Shown here: one piece after another, positions 9,213 to 18,561 of the stretch
Position numbering within the stretch: position 1 is the stretch's first letter
How the letters are laid out: every line of letters starts with the position of its first letter
DNA from: Alphaproteobacteria bacterium
GTDB lineage: Bacteria; Pseudomonadota; Alphaproteobacteria; SP197
DNA length: 64,000 bases
Direction: 5' to 3'
Assembly (NCBI GenBank): GCA_965228895.1
Contig: OZ245842.1
Span: 1,408,001-1,472,000, forward strand
Position numbers and translations under genes: made by a program
Notes under the pieces: generated by a model
The model's input: the letters and a program-made list of their open reading frames with translations, nothing else
Told to the model about the DNA's origin: nothing
The model's database searches: none

Positions 9213-10019
9213 TTAGGTGCCGCCGTCGAAGCTGTAGCTGTCCATGTCGAAGCGGGGCTGACCGGTGGCCGAGGTCAGGCCGCCATCGGCAACCAGGGTC
9301 GTGCCGTTGACGAAGCTCGCGTCGTCGGACGCCAGGAACAGGATCGCGGCGGCGCATTCTTCCGGTGTGCCGACTCGTCCCAGCGGGTTCGACTTGTTGT
9401 AGGTCTCACGCATGCCGGGATCGCTCTCGAGCGAGCCCAACATCCGTTCGGTGCCGATCGGGCCGGGACAGATCGCGTTGGCGCGGATCTGGTAACGGCC
9501 GACCTCCCAGGCCAGACACTGGGTGAGGTTGATGATCGATGCTTTCGCCGCGTTGTAGGTCGCCCAGCCGGGGTCGCCGCGCAGGCCGGAGATCGATGCC
9601 ATGTTGACGATGGCGCCGCCGCCGGTCGTCTTCATGCGGTTGACCGCTTCGCGGCAGCAGATCACCGTCGACAACACGTTGAGGCGCCAAAGACGCTCCC
9701 AGTCGGTGCTTTCCAGATTTTCGATCAGGCCGAACATGCTGTTGCCGGCGATGTGCAACGACACATCCAGGCGGCCGGCGTCGTCATCGATTTGGCGGAA
9801 CAGCCGCTCCAGATCGTGTTCGACCATGACGTCGGCGACGACGGCGGTGACATCGTGGCCGGTCTCGGTCAACGCACCGGCGACCGCCTTCGCGTCGTCC
9901 GGTTTGAAGTCGGCGGCGAAGACCTTGGCGCCTTCGTGGGCCAGGCGTTCAACGCAGGCCTTGCCGATCCCATTGCCGCCGCCCGTCACCAGCGCAACCT
10001 TGCCGTCAAATCGCTTCAT
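9213..10019 (-). CDS. Short-chain dehydrogenase/reductase
   Basis: TGGGNGIG, YNAAK catalytic motif, NAICPG, DGG C-terminus. Confidence 0.92.
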   Translation of the reverse strand: MKRFDGKVALVTGGGNGIGKACVERLAHEGAKVFAADFKPDDAKAVAGALTETGHDVTAVVADVMVEHDLERLFRQIDDDAGRLDVSLHIAGNSMFGLIENLESTDWERLWRLNVLSTVICCREAVNRMKTTGGGAIVNMASISGLRGDPGWATYNAAKASIINLTQCLAWEVGRYQIRANAICPGPIGTERMLGSLESDPGMRETYNKSNPLGRVGTPEECAAAILFLASDDASFVNGTTLVADGGLTSATGQPRFDMDSYSFDGGT

Positions 10020-10033
10020 CGTCTTATCCCTTG

Positions 10034-11203
10034 TCAGGCACGCGCCAGCTTGCGCTCAGCATCGAAAAAGGGCAACGCGACGACGTCGGCCTCGCATGCG
10101 CCCTCGTCGGTCTCGACGGTGACGTGGTTGCCGATGGACCACGCAGGCGTCGACAGCATGGCAAGGGCGATGCTGGCCTCGACGCTGGGTCCCCAGACGG
10201 CACTGCTGATCAGGCCGACCTCGTCGCCGTCAGCCATCACGCGATCGCCGGTCTTGGCGACGGCCTTGCCGCCCAGTTTCAGACCGGCAACACGGCGGGT
10301 CGGTCCGGAATCGCGCAAGGGTGCCAACGCGTCGCGCCCGATGAAGTCGCGCGACCAGTCGAGCATGCCTTCCCAACCCAACTCAAATGGGTTGGTGGTC
10401 CAGTCGATCTCGGCGCCTATGTTCAAGATTGCAGCCTCCATGCGGCGAATGTTCATGGCTTGGCTGCCGCACAACACCATGCCCATGGTCTCACCGATCT
10501 CGCGCAGACCCTGGTAGACCTCAAGCGCCCGGTCGATATCGACATGGATGTCATAGCCGAGTTCGGCCGTGAAACCGGTGCGAGTCACGACAGTGTCGAC
10601 GCCGCACACTCGCCCTTCGCGCATGGTGAACCAGGGCATGGCGTCGAGGTCGATATCGCTGACCTGTTTCAGGATATCGCGCGATTGGGGGCCCTGAATG
10701 GCGCACAAATGAATCTGATCGAGATACGAGCGAACGGAGACATCAAGCCCGGTGGCGTTTGCGGCTAACCAGACCTCGGCCGGGCCGGGACCGCCGACCC
10801 ACCAGTACCGGTCTTCGTCGAACATGGTGAGCACGCCGTCCTCGACAACGCCGCCATGGGGATAGAGCAGGAAGGCGAAGAGGCTCTTGCCCGGTTTGAG
10901 CGCGGTGAGTTTGCGCGGCATCGTGCGCTCAATCAGGCGTCTGGCATCGGGGCCCTTGATCTCGACGACCTCCTCGCCGGTGACGTCCCACAGACCGGCG
11001 ACGCGTCGCATCGACCAGTATTCGTCAACCGAGTCGGTGAAGACATCAGGCTTCAGGTAGGTGTTGTGGACCTTGAAGTCGCTGGTCAGTTCACTGATGA
11101 CCGGCCAGAACGCCGTGCGTTTCAGCCCATCCTTTAGCCGGTTGGCACGCGGCGTGAAGGGCGGTCCGTCGATGACCAGGTTGACGTTGGTACGCTCCAG
11201 CAT
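10034..11203 (-). CDS. GcvT-family aminomethyltransferase / THF-dependent demethylase
   Basis: True start MLERTN at 11203, 8 nt after the PhyH stop; WDVTGEEVVEIKGPDA, AIQGPQSR, TRTGFTAELGYDI, RRMEA, LPFFD. Confidence 0.85.
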   Translation of the reverse strand: MLERTNVNLVIDGPPFTPRANRLKDGLKRTAFWPVISELTSDFKVHNTYLKPDVFTDSVDEYWSMRRVAGLWDVTGEEVVEIKGPDARRLIERTMPRKLTALKPGKSLFAFLLYPHGGVVEDGVLTMFDEDRYWWVGGPGPAEVWLAANATGLDVSVRSYLDQIHLCAIQGPQSRDILKQVSDIDLDAMPWFTMREGRVCGVDTVVTRTGFTAELGYDIHVDIDRALEVYQGLREIGETMGMVLCGSQAMNIRRMEAAILNIGAEIDWTTNPFELGWEGMLDWSRDFIGRDALAPLRDSGPTRRVAGLKLGGKAVAKTGDRVMADGDEVGLISSAVWGPSVEASIALAMLSTPAWSIGNHVTVETDEGACEADVVALPFFDAERKLARA

Positions 11204-11211
11204 GGCGGCTT

Positions 11212-12021
11212 TCAGAAGTTGACGTAGCGTGTCGGCGCGTGGGGTTCCAGCAGCCGGGTGTGCTGGGCGATGGCCTCCGGTGCGAGGTCGCTTTCCGGAG
11301 GATCCTCCAGCAAAAGGTTTCCCGTGTGCCGCCCGCGCACAAGCATGGCCGAAACCGGCGGTCCGGCGGTATAGCGGATGGCGCCGGGCAGATAGCGGAT
11401 GCACATGCCGACACGCGGTCGTGTCGTCGTGTTGGGGCCGGAACCGTGCGCGAGCAACGCGTGATGCAACGACATCTCGCCGGGTCTCAGAATATCGCTC
11501 ACGGTAACCCAGTCCTTCAGATCGATCTTCACGGTCTGGCCGTGCGACAGCATGTTGTCGGGCGAAAAGGTGTTCTCGTGATCGACCAGATCGAGCCGGT
11601 GGGTGCCCAACGCAAACTGCATGCAGCCGTTTTCTAACGTCGAATCGGTCATGGCGAACCAGGCGGTCACGATGTCGCGCGGCTCCAGGTACCAATAGCC
11701 GGCGTCCTGATGCCAGGAGATATGCCGGCTCTCGCCTGGCACCTTGCGCCAGACATCGGCGCTCATGACCAAGATATCCGGACCGACAATGCGCTCGACA
11801 TGATCGAGGATCCGGGGGTCGCGGACCAGCCGGTCCATCCAGGTGAAGAGCAAGTAGGACTTGTAGTACCAGGGGTGCTTGACCGCCGCGACGTCGGCAT
11901 CGGTGACAGCATCAAGTTCAGCCAACAGGGCCGCCGCCTCGTTTTCGGGCATCGCGCGGATCGGTCCGACGCAGCCCAACTCGCTATAGGAATCGAAAGT
12001 CATCGTCGGAACGTAGCTCAT
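11212..12021 (-). CDS. PhyH-family Fe(II)/2-oxoglutarate dioxygenase
   Basis: WHQD (HxD), ENGCM, distal HGSGPN...R. Confidence 0.9.
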   Translation of the reverse strand: MSYVPTMTFDSYSELGCVGPIRAMPENEAAALLAELDAVTDADVAAVKHPWYYKSYLLFTWMDRLVRDPRILDHVERIVGPDILVMSADVWRKVPGESRHISWHQDAGYWYLEPRDIVTAWFAMTDSTLENGCMQFALGTHRLDLVDHENTFSPDNMLSHGQTVKIDLKDWVTVSDILRPGEMSLHHALLAHGSGPNTTTRPRVGMCIRYLPGAIRYTAGPPVSAMLVRGRHTGNLLLEDPPESDLAPEAIAQHTRLLEPHAPTRYVNF

Positions 12022-12144
12022 GGTCTTGTCACCGTTGCGATTCGCGGCAAGTGTGGTCTATGTACGTCAGCAAGATAATGCCGCCACGCGGTGGTCTGGC
12101 TCCCTGGCATCAGCAGAAAATTGCGCATGATCGGCGACCTCTTT

Positions 12145-12182
12145 GACTATGTGCCAAGACATTCGAAAGTCTTGGTATAGTC
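12145..12182. promoter_or_regulatory. Imperfect inverted repeat in divergent promoter region (candidate operator)
   Basis: GACTATGTGCCAAGAC-ATTCGAAA-GTCTTGGTATAGTC, directly followed by TTGTGT-N18-CATAAT (12183-12212) pointing to the KARI-like gene. Confidence 0.35.
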
Positions 12183-12277
12183 TTGTGTATGCGCCTGATT
12201 TCTTAGCATAATCGTGCGACACGCTAAAGCCTGAACCCTCCCAGATACGGGCGGTCGACAACAAAGAGGTCATGCAC

Positions 12278-13291
12278 ATGGGCAAGTTCTACTTCGACGA
12301 TGACGCCGATCTGTCTCTGCTCGACGGCAAGACCGTCGCCATCATCGGTTACGGCAACCAGGGCCGGTCGCAGGCACTCAACATGAAAGACAGCGGCGTT
12401 CATGTCGTCGTCGGCAACATCGAGGACGAGTATGCCGACACGGCGCGGGCCGACGGCTGGGACGTGCAGACCATCGAAGACGCTGCGGCGGCCGGTGACG
12501 TCCTGATGATGCTGACCTCCGACGACAGCCAACCGGAAGTGTACGAGAACTGGGTGAAGAAAAGCCTGAAGCCGGGTGATGTCATGAGCTTCGCCCACGG
12601 CTTCAACATCCATTACGGCGAGATCACACCGTCGCCTGAACTGGATGTGGTGATGGTCGCCCCGCGCATGCTGGGCGAAGGGGTGCGCGCGACGTTTCTC
12701 GAGGGCAGGGGTTTCCCGAGTCTGATTGCCGTCGCACAGGACGCCAGCGGCAACGGCATGGCGATGTGCCTGGCGATCTCCAAGGCCATTGGCTCGACCA
12801 AGATGGGTGTGCTCGAATCGAGCTTTGAGGAAGAGGTGCTTATCGATCTCTTCGAGGAGCATCAGCCCGGCCTCTATGCGCTGCGCTGCATGTACGAGGC
12901 CCTGGTCGAGGCCGGTTGTTCGCCCGAGGCGGTCATGCTCGATCTCTATGCCTCCGGCGAAGGCGTCAAGTTCGCCGAATACGGCCGCGACCTCGGCGCG
13001 TTCGAGCGCATGAAACGCACCTCGGTCACCGCCCAGTTCGGTCATCTCGTCTGGTCGAAGCAGTACTTCGATCACGACAAGACCATGGACGGCATGCGCG
13101 AGATGCTCGCCAACATAAAGGACGGCAGCTTCATCAAGGCGCTGAAGGCCGAGAAGGCGAAGAACCAGAAGGCGATCGAGGAAGTCTGGAAGGATAACAA
13201 CGCGCACGAGCTGATCGAGAAAGAGCACGCGCTCTATCAGCTTCTCGGGCGCCGCCCCAAGGATGCGCCTGCGCCGGGCGACGAATCCTAA
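12278..13291 (+). CDS. ilvC: Ketol-acid reductoisomerase-like protein (divergent IlvC paralogue)
   Basis: DDDADLSLL, IIGYGNQGRSQALNMKDSG, FAHGFNIHY, MVAP, DLFEE, SVTAQFG; C-terminal domain departs from canonical IlvC. Confidence 0.8.
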   Translation: MGKFYFDDDADLSLLDGKTVAIIGYGNQGRSQALNMKDSGVHVVVGNIEDEYADTARADGWDVQTIEDAAAAGDVLMMLTSDDSQPEVYENWVKKSLKPGDVMSFAHGFNIHYGEITPSPELDVVMVAPRMLGEGVRATFLEGRGFPSLIAVAQDASGNGMAMCLAISKAIGSTKMGVLESSFEEEVLIDLFEEHQPGLYALRCMYEALVEAGCSPEAVMLDLYASGEGVKFAEYGRDLGAFERMKRTSVTAQFGHLVWSKQYFDHDKTMDGMREMLANIKDGSFIKALKAEKAKNQKAIEEVWKDNNAHELIEKEHALYQLLGRRPKDAPAPGDES

Positions 13292-13307
13292 CGCGACGGT
13301 CCCGGCC

Positions 13308-15353
13308 GTGACTCACAGTTACCGGCTTGGCATCGATATCGGTGGCACCTTCACCGATCTGCATGCGATGGACGAGGCGACCGGTGCGCTTTATGCGCTG
13401 AAGACGCCGTCGACAAAAGGCGACCCGTCCGACGCGGTGGCCGCGGGCATCGAAGAACTCCGTAAGCGATTTGCCATTGAACCCGGCGAAATCGCGTATT
13501 TCTCCCACGGCACGACCTTGGCCGTGAACACACTCCTTGAGCGCAATGGCGCCAGGGGCGGTGTCCTGATGACCAAGGGTTTTACGGATACGTTGGAACT
13601 GCGCCGCCTGAGACTTTCCAAGGCGAACGACTTCTTCGTGCCGAAGCCGGTGTCGCTGGTGCCGCGCCGCCACGTCAGGCCGGTCGATGAACGGATGCGC
13701 GCCGACGGACGCGTCCTGAAAGCGATTGATCGCCAGGATGTCGAAGCCCAGGTGAAGACACTCGTCGATGACGGCATCGAGACGCTTGCCGTCTGTTTTC
13801 TGCACGCCCATCAAAACTCGGCACACGAAGCAGCGGCGAAAGCCTGGATCGCGGAGAGCTTTCCCGATCTCTACGTCTGCACGTCCTCGGAAATCTGGCC
13901 GCAGCAGCGGGAATATGAGCGGACCCTGATCAGCGTTATCAACGCCTATGTCGGCGGGCGCATGAAGGCCTATTTCAACACGTTGGAGGAACGCACCGCC
14001 GATCTCGGCATGACCTGCCGGGTGTTTTCGACCAAGTCGAACGGCGGCGTGATGAGTGTCGCGAGCGCGGCCGACCGGCCGGTGGAAACATTGTTGTCGG
14101 GTCCGGCATCCGGCGTCATCGGCGCGGCCTATATCGGCCGGCTGATGGGCGAGCCCAATCTTGTCACCATCGACATGGGCGGCACCAGCGTCGATGTCTC
14201 GATCGTGCAGAACGAAATCCGCTATGCGACCGAAAACACCATCGGCGACTATCCCGTCATCATGCCGGCGGTCGATGTGTCGGCGATCGGCGCGGGCGGC
14301 GGCTCGATTGCCTGGACCGATGCGGAAGGCGTGCTGAAGGTCGGACCCGAAAGCGCCGGCGCCGATCCCGGTCCCGCCTGTTATGGACGCGGCGGCACAC
14401 GGCCGGCGGTGACCGATGCCTACCTGACCGCCGGCATCATCGCGCCGGACAAGTTCCTGGGTGGCGAGATGGCCTTGGATAGCAACGCTGCGCATAATGT
14501 CGTCGACGATATCGGTGGGGTGTTGGGCCTTGGTCGGCGCGAAACCGCCGACGCCATCCTGCAGGTCACGACCTCGAACATTTATGCGGAGCTGGTGCCG
14601 CAGATTGCGCGGCGCGGTGTCGATGCCAGCGATCTCTCTTTGATCGCCTATGGCGCGGCCGGACCGACTCATAGCTTCATGCTGGCGCGCGAACTCGATC
14701 TGCGCCGTGTCATCGTGCCGCCGTCGCCGGGCATCTTGTGCGCGCTTGGTTGCCTGGTCGCCGACATGCGCGCCGACTTCGTGCAGAGCATCTGGCACGA
14801 AGCCGACGATATGGCCGATGGCGACATCCAAGCGATCTATGCGGCACTGGAAGATCGTGCGCGGGGCTGGCTCGACGATCAGCAGGTCGACCTCGATCAG
14901 GTTTATCTGCTGCGCTCCGTTGATGCGTGTTTTGTCGGCCAGTCCTATGAGGTCAACGTGCCGTTCCCAGATACCGCCAGCAGCGACCTGACGACGGCCA
15001 ACGTGGTCGACTGGTTTCACGACCGTTACGCCAAGGTCTATGGCTACGCTGACGCGGACAGCCCGACACGGCTCTTGGAGGCACGCCTGCAGATCGTCGG
15101 CGTGACGCCCAAGCCCGAGATCCGATTGGTTGCCAACCAGACAGACGAGGGCGATGAAGCCTATGATCGCCGGATGATCTTTGAGAGAGACCGCGAGGTC
15201 GAAGCCGCGATCTGGCGGCGCGGCAGTCTGCGCGAGGGGCGCGAGTACCTTGGCCCCATGGTAGTCGAGCAATACGATACCACGATCTATGTTCCCGACG
15301 GTTTCCGTGTCACCGTGGACCAGTGGGCGAACCTGATCGGTGAGAAGATCTGA
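13308..15353 (+). CDS. Hydantoinase/oxoprolinase family subunit A (HyuA-like)
   Basis: GIDIGGTFTD, HGTTLAVN, LLSGPASGV, DMGGTS, IGAGGGS, GPESAGADPGPACYGRGG; GTG at 13308 just after the KARI stop. Confidence 0.92.
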   Translation: MTHSYRLGIDIGGTFTDLHAMDEATGALYALKTPSTKGDPSDAVAAGIEELRKRFAIEPGEIAYFSHGTTLAVNTLLERNGARGGVLMTKGFTDTLELRRLRLSKANDFFVPKPVSLVPRRHVRPVDERMRADGRVLKAIDRQDVEAQVKTLVDDGIETLAVCFLHAHQNSAHEAAAKAWIAESFPDLYVCTSSEIWPQQREYERTLISVINAYVGGRMKAYFNTLEERTADLGMTCRVFSTKSNGGVMSVASAADRPVETLLSGPASGVIGAAYIGRLMGEPNLVTIDMGGTSVDVSIVQNEIRYATENTIGDYPVIMPAVDVSAIGAGGGSIAWTDAEGVLKVGPESAGADPGPACYGRGGTRPAVTDAYLTAGIIAPDKFLGGEMALDSNAAHNVVDDIGGVLGLGRRETADAILQVTTSNIYAELVPQIARRGVDASDLSLIAYGAAGPTHSFMLARELDLRRVIVPPSPGILCALGCLVADMRADFVQSIWHEADDMADGDIQAIYAALEDRARGWLDDQQVDLDQVYLLRSVDACFVGQSYEVNVPFPDTASSDLTTANVVDWFHDRYAKVYGYADADSPTRLLEARLQIVGVTPKPEIRLVANQTDEGDEAYDRRMIFERDREVEAAIWRRGSLREGREYLGPMVVEQYDTTIYVPDGFRVTVDQWANLIGEKI

Positions 15354-17371
15354 TGCCGACCGACAAGATCCGGCTCGAAATCCTGAGCAACCGTTTCCAG
15401 GCGGTTGTCGACGAGATGGCCCAAGTCGTTTCGCGCACCGCGCACACCGTGTTCGTCAAGGAGACCCAGGACTACGGCTCCGTCCTGGTGTCGCGCAAAG
15501 GCGAGGTGTTCGCCGCGCCTCGCCGATATGGCGTGTTGATGATGATCGGCATGCCGATGGAAGCCGCCATCGCGGCCAGCGGCGACGATGTTTCCGAGGG
15601 CGACATCTTCATTGGCAATGACCCCGTCTCGACCCGGGGCATGGCGACCCATCTATCGGACGTCTACCTGTGGAAGCCGGTCTTCGTCGACGGTGAGCTC
15701 TTGTGCTGGGCATGGACCTTCATTCACGTCTCCGATATCGGCGGCAGGGTGCCCGGGTCGATCGCACCGTCGAGCCACGAGGTCTATCAGGAGGGCCTCC
15801 GGATCACGCCGCAGAAACTCTACCGCGCCGGCGAGCTGAACCAGCCGCTGCTCGACATGATCCGCGCCAACTGCCGCACGCCTGACCAGAACTGGGGCGA
15901 CATGAAGGCTTGTCTGGCCGGCCTGGCGACGGCGGAAAACCGTGTCCGCGACCTCGCCCGCCAGTACGGCTACGACACCATCGACCGCACCATCGACCAG
16001 GTGCTCGACTACGCGGAGACCCAGGCGCGCCGCGTCATCGAGCATGTGCCCGACGGCACCTATCATTATGCCGACTACATCGAGGCCGATATGGTTGGCC
16101 TCGGCCTCGTGCGCATCAAGGTCGCCATGACCATCGACGGCGGCGAAATGCGGCTCGACTTTACCGGCACCGCGCCGCAGGTGCGGGCCGCCCTCAACAT
16201 CCCGACCTACAGCCACGATGGTCACTGGATGCTGATCACGGGCCTGGTCAACTGGATCTGCACTCAAGAACCCAACATCGCCTACAATGCCGGTCTGGTG
16301 CGGCCGATGAAGGTGCAGATACCGCGCGGCACCATTTTGAACCCGGAACCGGGTGCTGCCTATGGCGCGCGCTATGCCACGTCGCACAAGGTCTGCGACG
16401 TCACCGTCGGCGCCCTCGCGCAGGCCGTGCCCGGTGAACTACCGGCGACCGACTCGGGCCAGGGGTCGATCCTGCTCGTCTCGGTGCCGGACTTCCACAC
16501 CGGCGGCGACAAGGTCTCGGTCATTCAGCCGATCGTTGGCGGGTCGGGCGGCCGGCCGATGGATGACGGTGTCGACGGCACCATGGTGATCCTGAACTTC
16601 CTGAAGAACATCCCGACCGAGATCTTCGAAAACGAGATGCCGGAGATCCTGATCCACCACTATGGCCTGCGCGACGACTCCGGCGGCGCGGGGCGGTATC
16701 GCGGCGGCACGGGTATCGAAATCGAGTTCGAGACCTCGAGCCCCTATACCAGCATCACCTCGCGCTGCATGGAGCGTTACATCTTCGGCCCACCCGGTCT
16801 CAAGGGCGGGGAGGCCGGCGCGACCGGCTACACACTCTTCAAGCCGCGCGGCGGCGGCGAACAGGACATCGGCAAGATCGATGTTCTAACCATGGATCCC
16901 GGCGACCGGCTCAAGATTGGCACCCAGGGTGGCGGCGGTTATGGCGATCCGCTCGAAAGACCGGTCGATTTGGTTGCCGACGATGTCGCCAACGGCTTCG
17001 TGACGGCCGCGACGGCGCGCGACGTCTATGGCGTTGTCATGGGTGAGGACGGTGCGGTCGATCAGGTGGCGACGAAGGCCGCCCGCGATACCATGCGGAA
17101 AATGCGTGGCTGGACCAAACCGCCCTTGCATGGCTTCGATGCGGCCCGGCGCGACCATATGGCGCGTTGGCCAAGCGCATTGGAGGATGCGCTGACAGCG
17201 GCCGTCGCCGATCTTCCCGTCCAATTGATGCAGTTCATGCATGCGCGACTGCTTGATGAGATCACCGCACGGCTTGATCGTGGCGAGACCGTTACGCCTG
17301 ACGATGTGCACGCCTTGGCAAGCGAACAGCGTGACGCCTTCGAAAGCGGTCACGCGTTGGCGGCCGAGTAA
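15353..17371 (+). CDS. Hydantoinase B/oxoprolinase family subunit (HyuB-like) with C-terminal extension
   Basis: NDP..THLSD, HVSDIGGRVPGS, QEGL, DSGGAGRYRGG, GGGGYGDPLER; TGATG overlap with subunit A. Confidence 0.92.
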   Translation: MPTDKIRLEILSNRFQAVVDEMAQVVSRTAHTVFVKETQDYGSVLVSRKGEVFAAPRRYGVLMMIGMPMEAAIAASGDDVSEGDIFIGNDPVSTRGMATHLSDVYLWKPVFVDGELLCWAWTFIHVSDIGGRVPGSIAPSSHEVYQEGLRITPQKLYRAGELNQPLLDMIRANCRTPDQNWGDMKACLAGLATAENRVRDLARQYGYDTIDRTIDQVLDYAETQARRVIEHVPDGTYHYADYIEADMVGLGLVRIKVAMTIDGGEMRLDFTGTAPQVRAALNIPTYSHDGHWMLITGLVNWICTQEPNIAYNAGLVRPMKVQIPRGTILNPEPGAAYGARYATSHKVCDVTVGALAQAVPGELPATDSGQGSILLVSVPDFHTGGDKVSVIQPIVGGSGGRPMDDGVDGTMVILNFLKNIPTEIFENEMPEILIHHYGLRDDSGGAGRYRGGTGIEIEFETSSPYTSITSRCMERYIFGPPGLKGGEAGATGYTLFKPRGGGEQDIGKIDVLTMDPGDRLKIGTQGGGGYGDPLERPVDLVADDVANGFVTAATARDVYGVVMGEDGAVDQVATKAARDTMRKMRGWTKPPLHGFDAARRDHMARWPSALEDALTAAVADLPVQLMQFMHARLLDEITARLDRGETVTPDDVHALASEQRDAFESGHALAAE

Positions 17372-17388
17372 ACTCTTGGGGTGGGGGC

Positions 17389-18501
17389 ATGACGCGGACG
17401 CTTCTGGTGTTGCCGGGCGACGGCATCGGCGTTGAGGTCACCGAGCAGGCCATGCGGGTGGTCGGCTGGTTCCAGAAGAATCGCGGCCTCGACCTGACCA
17501 TCGAAGAACGCCTGCTGGGCGGTGCCTGTTACGACGTCCATGGCGTCATGGTGGAAGACGAAACGGTCGAGAAGGCGCGGCGCGCCGATGCCGTCCTGTG
17601 CGGCGCTGTCGGCGGACCGACGTGGGACGACCTCGAGCTCGAAGGAACGCCGGAAGAAAAGGACGGCCTAAGCCGGCTCAGGAAAGATCTCGATCTCTAC
17701 GCCAATCTGCGTCCGGCGCGGCCCTATGACGCGCTCAAGCAGAAGTCGCCGCTGAAGCCGGAGATCCTGGAAGGCGTCGACCTCATCGTGCTGCGTGAGT
17801 TGACGAGCGGTCTTTACTTTGGCCAGCCGCGCGGCATCGAAACACTGCCGGATGGTAGTGAGCGGGGCTTCGAAACCCAGGTCTATACGACCGCAGAAAT
17901 TGAGCGCATGGCGCACGCCGCGTTCGAGCTGGCGCGTGACCGTCGCGGTGTCGTGCATTCGGTCGAGAAGTCGAACGTCACGGAATCCGGTGTCCTGTGG
18001 CGCCGCGTCGTCAGCCGTGTTCATGCCGACGCCTATGCCGATATGACACTGATCCACATGCTCGCGGACAACTGTGCGCTGCAACTTGTCGATAACCCCA
18101 GGCAGTTCGATGTTCTGGTCACCGACAACATGTTCGGCGATCTCCTCTCCGACATCACCGGCGCCATCCCGGGCGGCCTCGGCATGTTGCCGTCCGCATC
18201 GCTTGGGCCACTGCGCGGTGACGGCACGCGTCCAGCGCTCTATGAACCCGTCCATGGCACCGCGCCCGACATCGCGGGCAAGGGCATCGCCAATCCCCTG
18301 GCAGCGATTCTGTCGGCCGCCATGATGATGCGCTGGAGTTTCGAACGGGCCGACGATGCCGATCTGGTCGAGCGCGCCGTCGAAGCAGCATTGGATCGGG
18401 GTGCGCGGACGGTTGACCTCGCCGTCGATGATGAGGCCACGATGGGGACCGGCGAGATGGGCGACGCGGTGCTTGCCGAACTTGATCGTCTCGCCAGCTG
18501 A
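17389..18501 (+). CDS. leuB: 3-isopropylmalate dehydrogenase (LeuB or a close paralogue)
   Basis: LPGDGIG, GAVGGP, LYANLRP, RELTSGLYFG, NMFGDLLSD, YEPVHGTAPDIAGKGIANP. Confidence 0.85.
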   Translation: MTRTLLVLPGDGIGVEVTEQAMRVVGWFQKNRGLDLTIEERLLGGACYDVHGVMVEDETVEKARRADAVLCGAVGGPTWDDLELEGTPEEKDGLSRLRKDLDLYANLRPARPYDALKQKSPLKPEILEGVDLIVLRELTSGLYFGQPRGIETLPDGSERGFETQVYTTAEIERMAHAAFELARDRRGVVHSVEKSNVTESGVLWRRVVSRVHADAYADMTLIHMLADNCALQLVDNPRQFDVLVTDNMFGDLLSDITGAIPGGLGMLPSASLGPLRGDGTRPALYEPVHGTAPDIAGKGIANPLAAILSAAMMMRWSFERADDADLVERAVEAALDRGARTVDLAVDDEATMGTGEMGDAVLAELDRLAS

Positions 18502-18561
18502 ACACTGACGCGCCGGCGCGTCTAACGAACGCATCGCCGCGACCGTCTTCGACAACGCGTT

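Noticed and set aside
10034-11695. 553-aa GcvT-like ORF with a long N-terminal extension
   Set aside because: The extension overlaps the PhyH gene in another frame; the real start is 11203.
12103-12125. Sigma54 promoter (TGGCA...TTGC)
   Set aside because: The GG-to-GC spacing is too long for a -24/-12 promoter.
13134-15272. 712-aa antisense ORF; similar ones at 33373-35325, 35624-37432, 47443-49302 and 3914-5431
   Set aside because: Shadow ORFs opposite well-supported genes, expected in high-GC coding DNA; no recognisable motifs.
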